DNA of 39,348 nt from a virus. Position 1 is the first letter of the stretch. Each line of letters starts with the position of its first letter. Below the pieces are notes generated by a model. The model ran no database searches, was not told the DNA's origin, and saw only the letters and a program-made list of their open reading frames with translations. The stretch spans positions 1 to 39,348 of IMG/VR virus record IMGVR_UViG_3300034069_000986, one strand, 5' to 3'. A program made the translations under genes and the position numbers. This document shows positions 8,159 to 14,319 of the stretch, one piece after another.

Positions 8159-8395
8159 ATGAGCAGATTCGACTACGTTAGATACGATGAGCTCGCGCAA
8201 GAGGGCCAGCGCAAGGTGAAGACCCAGTGCGAAGAGCTCGAGAAAACACTTGCCGATCTGCCAGACGGTCGCGCAAAGTCCTTGGCGTTGACTAAACTAG
8301 AAGAGTTTTACATGTGGGTGGGTAAGGCGATCCGTGACTATCAGATCGAGCGCGGCGCCGCAGCCCCCCTCCAAGAAGAGAGGAACAACGAGTGA
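8159..8395 (+). CDS. Small helical protein (78 aa), possible Acb2/Tad1-like hairpin protein
   Basis: ATG 1 nt after the upstream TAA. The segment DGRAKSLALTKLEEFYMWVGKAI resembles, from memory, the conserved hairpin of cyclic-oligonucleotide sponge proteins. Confidence 0.55.
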   Translation: MSRFDYVRYDELAQEGQRKVKTQCEELEKTLADLPDGRAKSLALTKLEEFYMWVGKAIRDYQIERGAAAPLQEERNNE

Positions 8396-8586
8396 AAAAG
8401 AAGCCGCGCCCAAGCGCATTCAGTATCGACCCAGCCGACGTCGCGACCAGATCCGAGGCCGTCTACGTTAGGCTGAAAAACGCCAACGTGGAGTTCGCGG
8501 ACAAGGAAGCGAAGCGCCTGAAGATGTCGCGCGCCCGGTATATGGACGCGCTGCTCGACAAGGCGAGGAAAGCCGCAAGCCCCTGA
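8392..8586 (+). CDS. Ribbon-helix-helix (CopG/Arc-like) DNA-binding protein (64 aa)
   Basis: GTGA overlap with the upstream stop. Beta strand AVYVRLK, then two helices (NVEFADKEAKRL / MSRARYMDALLDKARK), as in RHH regulators. Confidence 0.6.
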   Translation: MKKKPRPSAFSIDPADVATRSEAVYVRLKNANVEFADKEAKRLKMSRARYMDALLDKARKAASP

Positions 8587-8587
8587 C

Positions 8588-10426
8588 GTGCTGGTGTCGA
8601 GGGGTGACCTGGACGCGGTGATAAAAATTCTCGAGGCCCCGGGTGACTGGGGCCTCGACACCGAGACCACGGGTTTGGGAGAAGATGACCATCTATTCGC
8701 GCTTACGATCTATTCTGATCGGCTCAGCCTTTATTTTAATTTCCAGCAGTATCCTGGGCTTGATCCTTGCCATGTTCTCGAGCGCCGCGAGCTACTACGT
8801 TTCGACCGTGCCTTTCGCAATCCAGGCTCGCGGTGGTACATCCAGAACGCCAAATTTGATCTACGAATGCTGGCCAAAGAGGGGCTGCACATTGCGGGCG
8901 ACGTCCACTGCACCTACGCGGTGGAACGAGTGCTCCAGAACAATCACTTCGGGGACAAAGGGTACACCCTAGCCGGCCTCGCCATGCGCCGCGGGTGGGA
9001 GAAAGACACCGCGGTAGAGGTGGCGGTTTCTAAATTGAAATTGTACGATGTCAAAACCGTGCCAGGAAAAAAGAAGAAGATCAAAGTGCCCCACTTTGAG
9101 AGGGTGCCCTTTGACATCATGCTGAAGTACGCCGAGCACGATGCGAAGTTGCACTTCGACATCGGGAAGGCGCAGGAGCTCGAGCTCGAGCAGTCGGACC
9201 TCGCCTGGCCGACGTTCCCGTCCTTGCGCGCGCTATTCGAGAACGAGAAGCGGCTGACCAAGACCTGCTTCCGCATGGAGCGCCGGGGCGTGATGCTCGA
9301 CGTGGGCTACACCGAGCGCGCCCTCCAATACGAGCTGACCGAGATCAAGCTCGCCAAGGCCAACTTCCTGGCGTCCACGGGCCGCGAGTACCAGGACAGC
9401 CGCAAGGTGCTCCAGGAGGTCTTCGACGCGGCCGGGGAACCGTACCCGCTGACCGAAAAGGGCAACCCCAGCTTCAACGCCGACGCGCTCGAGGAAATGA
9501 CCTCGCCGATTGCCGGAATCGTGAATAAAATACGTGGGCATGAGAAACGCGCTGGCACCTACTATTCTTCCTTTCTTCATTACGCTGATTCTCACGGCAT
9601 CATCCATCCTGACATGCGCCAGGCTGGAACCGAGACGGGACGTTTTAGCTACCGAGACCCTAACCTGCAAAACGTGCCGAAGGAGGCGGAGCAGGAGGAC
9701 GAGGCGAAGCCGTTCCACGTGCGGCAATGCTTTGTGCCCCGTCCAGGGCACTTCTTCTACTCGGTAGACTTCCGGCAGCAGGAGTTCCGGATGATGCTCG
9801 ACTTCGCGGGCGAGAAGCGGCTGATCGCGGAGATCAACGCTGGCGCCGACGTACACCAGGCGACGGCGGACCTGCTCGGGATCACGCGCAAGCAGGCCAA
9901 GACGATCAATTTCGGGCTCCTCTACGGCATGGGCCAGGGGAAGCTCGCAAAGTCGCTGGGGCTGCCTCCTGCGCAGGCCAAAGAGCTAATCATGGACTAC
10001 TTCGCGAAGCTCCCGCGGGTGAAACTCTTCACTTCCAAGGTCATGGCGACCGGATCCGCGCGGGGCTTCGTATTCAACTGGTACGGACGCAGGAACCACG
10101 TGGCCCAGCCGAACTGGGCGTACATCTTGCCCAACCACATCATCCAGGGCGGCTGCGCGGACGTGATCAAAATCGCGATGAACCGGATCGACGACCGACT
10201 GCTCGAGCTCGGGGCCAAGACCCACATGCTCCTCCAGGTCCACGACGAGCTCGTGTTCGAGACACCGTTTGCCGAAAGTGATATCATCGACGAAGTGGTG
10301 CCGATCATGGAATCGACCTACCGGCCGCAGAACGGGATGCTGCTCACCACCAGCGTCGAGCACCGCCTCGAGAGCTGGGGTTCGCGGCACAAGAAGGAGG
10401 GGAAGTATGGCGTTTCAGGCGATTGA
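8588..10426 (+). CDS. Family A DNA polymerase with 3'-5' exonuclease domain
   Basis: Exo I GLDTETTGL, Exo II NAKFDLRML, Exo III YAEHDAKL. Pol motif A DFRQQEFRM, motif B KTINFGLLYGMG, motif C QVHDEL. GTG start 1 nt after the upstream TGA. Confidence 0.95.
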   Translation: MLVSRGDLDAVIKILEAPGDWGLDTETTGLGEDDHLFALTIYSDRLSLYFNFQQYPGLDPCHVLERRELLRFDRAFRNPGSRWYIQNAKFDLRMLAKEGLHIAGDVHCTYAVERVLQNNHFGDKGYTLAGLAMRRGWEKDTAVEVAVSKLKLYDVKTVPGKKKKIKVPHFERVPFDIMLKYAEHDAKLHFDIGKAQELELEQSDLAWPTFPSLRALFENEKRLTKTCFRMERRGVMLDVGYTERALQYELTEIKLAKANFLASTGREYQDSRKVLQEVFDAAGEPYPLTEKGNPSFNADALEEMTSPIAGIVNKIRGHEKRAGTYYSSFLHYADSHGIIHPDMRQAGTETGRFSYRDPNLQNVPKEAEQEDEAKPFHVRQCFVPRPGHFFYSVDFRQQEFRMMLDFAGEKRLIAEINAGADVHQATADLLGITRKQAKTINFGLLYGMGQGKLAKSLGLPPAQAKELIMDYFAKLPRVKLFTSKVMATGSARGFVFNWYGRRNHVAQPNWAYILPNHIIQGGCADVIKIAMNRIDDRLLELGAKTHMLLQVHDELVFETPFAESDIIDEVVPIMESTYRPQNGMLLTTSVEHRLESWGSRHKKEGKYGVSGD

Positions 10427-10640
10427 GCGGAAGGTGATCTTCACCGATCAGCAGATGCTTCAGGCGCGCAACTCCGGCCGCTTCAAGGACCACCGCGCGT
10501 TCGTGCGTTGGCTCTTCCGCGGCCAACACAAGATGGTCGTCACCGACTACGACAAGCTAGTTTTCCAATACATCAACGACACCGCCGGCAACCGGATCGA
10601 AGTGACCGGGCTGGTGGGTCAGAACCTGGAGCCAAAATGA
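10407..10640 (+). CDS. Hypothetical protein (77 aa)
   Basis: RBS AAGGAGGGG lies 5 nt before ATG 10407. Overlaps the polymerase 3' end by 20 nt. Confidence 0.55.
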   Translation: MAFQAIERKVIFTDQQMLQARNSGRFKDHRAFVRWLFRGQHKMVVTDYDKLVFQYINDTAGNRIEVTGLVGQNLEPK

Positions 10641-10885
10641 GCAAAGAAAAGATCGAAGCCGACTCGCAGCCGAAGGAGCTACCGCTCAAAGCGCGGTTCG
10701 ACCGCGCGGACGGTGGGTACAGCTTCGGCACACTGGAAAAACTCGAGAATCGGATCACCCGCGAGGTCGGCGAGCGCGGCACACTCACGTTCGTGTTGCG
10801 CGGGATCGAGGAGCAGGAATCGAAATACGACGGGCGCTTTCGGCTCGCGACCTACAGCGAGGACGTCGATGCCCGAAAAGAGTAA
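10637..10885 (+). CDS. Hypothetical protein (82 aa)
   Basis: ATGA overlap with the upstream stop. Confidence 0.5.
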   Translation: MSKEKIEADSQPKELPLKARFDRADGGYSFGTLEKLENRITREVGERGTLTFVLRGIEEQESKYDGRFRLATYSEDVDARKE

Positions 10886-11078
10886 GTTCGGGATTCCGAC
10901 CAAGTACAAGAACATCGTAATCGCGCTTGGCAAGCTCGACCGCGACACCGCGCCGGAAGGCATGGGCGAAGACGTCACGGCGTTCGTCCAAGCAGGATCG
11001 CGCGTGGCAAAGAAGCTCTGGGCGTACCTGCGAGACGCTGCAAATCAGCCAGCACCGCCTCCAGGTTCGCCGGAGTGA
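10869..11078 (+). CDS. Hypothetical protein (69 aa), last plus-strand gene
   Basis: ATG 10869 overlaps the upstream gene by 17 nt. Its 3' 104 nt overlap the convergent VRR-NUC ORF. The low-complexity tail makes the true end uncertain. Confidence 0.35.
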   Translation: MPEKSKFGIPTKYKNIVIALGKLDRDTAPEGMGEDVTAFVQAGSRVAKKLWAYLRDAANQPAPPPGSPE

Positions 11079-11316
11079 CCACGCGCGCGTAAGCGCCGGC
11101 CTTCTCCCACTGGCGTAGGGTCCACGTTTGCAGCGGCTCTACGTCAGCTCCCACCTTCAGCTCGAGCGCGACCGCGTGGCCGCCGAAGCAACCCACGATG
11201 TCGGGCACGCCCCGGAGACTCTTCATCTGCGTCTTGAAATGGAAGCCGGGCTGAATTTTGTCCAGCCCCTTCTTCACCTTTTCCTTGAACCGGGTCTCGT
11301 GCTGCTTAGCCACCAA
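10975..11316 (-). CDS. VRR-NUC / PD-(D/E)xK nuclease
   Basis: Motif RGVPDIVGCFGGHAVALELK (D...ExK core typical of VRR-NUC). TTG/GTG start at 11316/11313. The C-terminal ~18 aa are low complexity. Confidence 0.7.
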   Translation of the reverse strand: MVAKQHETRFKEKVKKGLDKIQPGFHFKTQMKSLRGVPDIVGCFGGHAVALELKVGADVEPLQTWTLRQWEKAGAYARVVTPANLEAVLADLQRLAGTPRASLPRAILLGRTP

Positions 11317-11381
11317 ACACCATGAGCAAGGTCAGGAATACGATCAGAAAGAACATCATGGTGAGCAAGACCTCCTCGAGG

Positions 11382-11924
11382 TCAGGATTGCGTAATTTCA
11401 CCGATGGGCTCCGTGAGGAAGAGTTCGCGCTCGGCCTTGCGGCGGCGGACCAAACCCGACAGCACGCGGCCACCCGACTTGGTCCACGAGAGGAACTGGT
11501 CGGCCACGCGGATCTTCGTCTGCTTGGCGTTGAGCATTTTCAGCAGCGTCGACTTCGCCAGCGCCCCGGTTCCGACGTTGTAGGCGAACGACACCAGGGC
11601 GCAGAGCTCGCAATTGGTGATCGGCACCTTCACGAGCTTTTCGATGGCCGGCAGCCGCAGCGTCTGGAGGTCGTGGAGCATGAAGGCTACCGCCTGATCG
11701 CGCGTGCAGGTCTGCTGCTTCTGTACCTTCTTGCCGTCCGGGTAGACGGTCGTGCCGTAGCCGATGGTCCACACGCGGCCGGTGGCGTCCCAGTAGGAGT
11801 GGGGTACGAATCCCTCGAACTCCTTGATGAGCTGCAGCGCCGACTCCAGGTTCTCTTGTGGGGGAGCGAGTTCGGGCGGTGCGGAGGGCAATTTCGCGGC
11901 TGGGGTCAACTTTTTTGCGGCCAT
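11382..11924 (-). CDS. Endolysin, GH24 (T4/lambda-type) lysozyme
   Basis: Catalytic signature KEFEGFVPHSYWDATGRVWTIGYGTT (E...D...T). AAAGGA RBS. The ATG shares one base with the upstream TGA. Confidence 0.9.
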   Translation of the reverse strand: MAAKKLTPAAKLPSAPPELAPPQENLESALQLIKEFEGFVPHSYWDATGRVWTIGYGTTVYPDGKKVQKQQTCTRDQAVAFMLHDLQTLRLPAIEKLVKVPITNCELCALVSFAYNVGTGALAKSTLLKMLNAKQTKIRVADQFLSWTKSGGRVLSGLVRRRKAERELFLTEPIGEITQS

Positions 11925-12304
11925 CAGGGTTGTCCTTTCTGAATGGTTTCAGCGTCGATGGATTGGACCGTGCGCTCCCAATTTGAGACCGAGGGGCCGG
12001 AGCACGCTTTGGTGAGTTTGCACGCGTCGATGATGAACTTCTTGATCTCGGCCCACGACTGAAAGGGCAGCAGCACCATGTAGGGGCGCATCTCGAGCCA
12101 CGACAACCGCTCTGGGCGGTCCGTGTAGGGCTGATACGGGTGGGCGTCGTCGATCTGGAAGGCTTCGCCCGAAATCGTGCGTACGCAGTAGCCAGAGTTG
12201 ATGTCGTCTTCGATGCAAACGGGGACGTTGGGGGGAGCGACGCGACAGCTAGGAAGCGAGCATAGCAAAATTGCGGAACTTAGCGTGCAGATCGTCTTTC
12301 GCAA
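11924..12304 (-). CDS. Cys-rich lipoprotein-like protein (126 aa), o-spanin candidate
   Basis: TTG start with GAGGAG 7 nt upstream. Signal peptide MRKTICTLSSAILLCSLPSC with a non-canonical lipobox (LPSC). Starts 56 nt inside the upstream gene in another frame. Confidence 0.55.
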   Translation of the reverse strand: MRKTICTLSSAILLCSLPSCRVAPPNVPVCIEDDINSGYCVRTISGEAFQIDDAHPYQPYTDRPERLSWLEMRPYMVLLPFQSWAEIKKFIIDACKLTKACSGPSVSNWERTVQSIDAETIQKGQP

Positions 12305-12599
12305 GCTTCTTCTCCTCGTCCGTGCCGTGGTCTCGGATTTCGAAATTCTTCATCGCGGCTTCGAACAGCGCCTTTCCTTGGGCGTTCACTCTAAAGTCCA
12401 CGTATTTAAAGAAGATCATCATCTCGGGGAACTTGACCAGCATTTCGAGGCAGGAGGAGACGATTGCGCCAACAAGTTGTTTGAGGGGCGGCACCCCGAG
12501 AAAGGGCACCGCTGCAATGATGGCCGCGGTCAACGACTGCGACCCAAGCGAGATGAAGGCCCACCGCATCGCACCTATGTACTGATCGGTGGTAATCAT
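12249..12599 (-). CDS. Membrane protein (116 aa), holin or i-spanin candidate
   Basis: Hydrophobic N-terminal half (WAFISLGSQSLTAAIIAAVPFLGV, LVGAIVSSCLEMLV) and a charged helical C-terminal half. Lies immediately upstream of the lipoprotein and endolysin. Confidence 0.6.
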   Translation of the reverse strand: MITTDQYIGAMRWAFISLGSQSLTAAIIAAVPFLGVPPLKQLVGAIVSSCLEMLVKFPEMMIFFKYVDFRVNAQGKALFEAAMKNFEIRDHGTDEEKKLAKDDLHAKFRNFAMLAS

Positions 12600-12601
12600 C
12601 G

Positions 12602-13153
12602 CTACTGAGCCGGGTTGGTGACGGGGACCGCGCCGGGCAGCTCGTCGCCTTTGTTCTCGGGCGAAGCTTGCGGAAGGACGTCGGCGGGAGCGGGGCCACC
12701 GAGTGCGTCGTTCTGGCTGCCGAGACCCTTGTTGTCGCCCGAGGCCGAGTCGCGCTCGGACCCCATCGGCTTCGAACCGTCGGCACCGTTTGCAGCACCG
12801 TCAACAGGTGGTTGCGCAGGCGAAGCGGAAGCCGAGGGCACTTCGGGAATCACGACGGGAGGGGCTTGTTCGATGGGCGCCAAAGCTGCCTCGAGGCGCT
12901 TCGTGTCCTTTTTCTTGTCGTCGACTTCGACCTGGATGATGTCACGCAGCGACTGGATCTCCTTGGCCTGAGCGTCGGCCGCGGTCTTCGCCGCGTCGAG
13001 CTTGCCCTGGAGATCTGCCAGCGCGCCACCATCGGCCGCGGGTGCTGCGCCCGAAACCTGGCTGTCGAGATCCTTCTCGAGCGACGTCAGTGCGTCGAGC
13101 TGGAGTTGGAGTTGTTCTTTGACCTGCTTTACGGATGCTTTGACGTCGGACAT
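12602..13153 (-). CDS. Coiled-coil plus Pro/Ala-rich protein (183 aa), unknown function
   Basis: RBS AGGAGAG lies 5 nt before the ATG. N-terminal heptad-like region and a low-complexity P/A/G tail. Confidence 0.6.
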   Translation of the reverse strand: MSDVKASVKQVKEQLQLQLDALTSLEKDLDSQVSGAAPAADGGALADLQGKLDAAKTAADAQAKEIQSLRDIIQVEVDDKKKDTKRLEAALAPIEQAPPVVIPEVPSASASPAQPPVDGAANGADGSKPMGSERDSASGDNKGLGSQNDALGGPAPADVLPQASPENKGDELPGAVPVTNPAQ

Positions 13154-13186
13154 TTTACTCTCCTGGAGTAGATGGTTTGGGACCGC

Positions 13187-13564
13187 TTACACGACCGGGG
13201 CTTGAACGGGCACCGCGCCTTCGATGTTCGAAGCGGGGTCCGGAGTGGCGGCCGGTGCCGGGGGCGCCGTGTTGGCGGCGACCGGGCCGGGGGTCACGTC
13301 TTTGGCTTTGTGGAACATCTCGGCGAACTTCGACCCCACGCTGGAGATGAAGCTCGAGGCGTTCTTCTTGACCACGTTGCGAGCGCCAGCGAGGAGATCC
13401 GCGCGGACGGCGAAAGAGCCCGAGCCCTTGATCGTCAGAAAGCCGAAGAATTCTTTGTCGACGTGAAGCTCGACGTCGCCGGTGGCCGAGCCATCGTCAG
13501 CCACGTCCAGCCCGTAGGATCCGAAATCACCGATCTTGCCTTCGACTTCCTTACCTTCCAGCAT
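13187..13564 (-). CDS. Hypothetical protein (125 aa)
   Basis: The ATG overlaps the end of the upstream gene by 14 nt. Pro/Ala-rich tail. Confidence 0.55.
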   Translation of the reverse strand: MLEGKEVEGKIGDFGSYGLDVADDGSATGDVELHVDKEFFGFLTIKGSGSFAVRADLLAGARNVVKKNASSFISSVGSKFAEMFHKAKDVTPGPVAANTAPPAPAATPDPASNIEGAVPVQAPVV

Positions 13565-13988
13565 CGTCTTCTCCCTGGCCCTCGATGGCCTTTTTCACTT
13601 GCTCGAGCATCATCACCCGTGCGTCAAGTTTAGCCACGTCCACGTTGACCAGGGAAATCATTTTCGAGTGGCTGGACAATTCCTTCTGCATGGTCGCCTC
13701 CAACTTCGATAGCCCTTCCGAGACCTCGGAGAACCCCGACTCCACGCGCTCGAAATTTCGGTCGATCACCCGCAGGGTCTCGTTCTGGAATTCTTTGACG
13801 CCCTTCGCCACCTTCCGGCCCATCGTGAACCAGACCACCGTGATGACCACGAAGGCTTGGGCGAGGGTCGACTGCCAGGCGTCGTTGAGAACGTGCCGGG
13901 TCAACTCGGGGTTGATGAGTCCGAGGATGGATCCCAAGCTGATCCCGATTCCCCACTTCGCGGTCTTCTTCTGAACTTGCGTTGCCAT
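13551..13988 (-). CDS. Two-TM membrane protein with C-terminal coiled coil (145 aa), holin-like
   Basis: GGTGGAG lies 9 nt before ATG 13988 (the ORF-track start 14006 is 6 codons longer). Transmembrane segments WGIGISLGSILGLI and LAQAFVVITVVWFTMG. Confidence 0.55.
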   Translation of the reverse strand: MATQVQKKTAKWGIGISLGSILGLINPELTRHVLNDAWQSTLAQAFVVITVVWFTMGRKVAKGVKEFQNETLRVIDRNFERVESGFSEVSEGLSKLEATMQKELSSHSKMISLVNVDVAKLDARVMMLEQVKKAIEGQGEDDAGR

Positions 13989-14065
13989 AGTAAATAACTC
14001 CACCATGAGTCAATGATGATCGGGAATGCGGCCAGTATCCCGTTGAGTTATCTGAACGGTCGAGT

Positions 14066-14308
14066 CTAGAAGAGCTTCAAACCGCTTAAATTCACGCCCG
14101 GCAACAAAGTCTGCAAAATTGCTTGATTCACGACTGGGGTCAGGACCCCGTTCACGAGCTGCATGCTGACCGACTGCTGCGGCACGGGCACGTTTGGTGC
14201 GATCATCGCCGCCGGCCCCATCGAAAAGGGCGGCGGGATGTTGAGAGTTGTGCCCACGATTCCTACGGCGTTGGCGTTTGTCGGATCCACCACGTACCAA
14301 AAGAACAT
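14066..14308 (-). CDS. Small Pro-rich hydrophobic protein (80 aa) downstream of the fibre genes
   Basis: GGAGGT lies 6 nt before ATG 14308. In the ORF track it is only the tail of a spurious 488-aa ORF. Possible fibre chaperone or accessory protein (position only). Confidence 0.45.
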   Translation of the reverse strand: MFFWYVVDPTNANAVGIVGTTLNIPPPFSMGPAAMIAPNVPVPQQSVSMQLVNGVLTPVVNQAILQTLLPGVNLSGLKLF

Positions 14309-14319
14309 GAGCCCACCTC

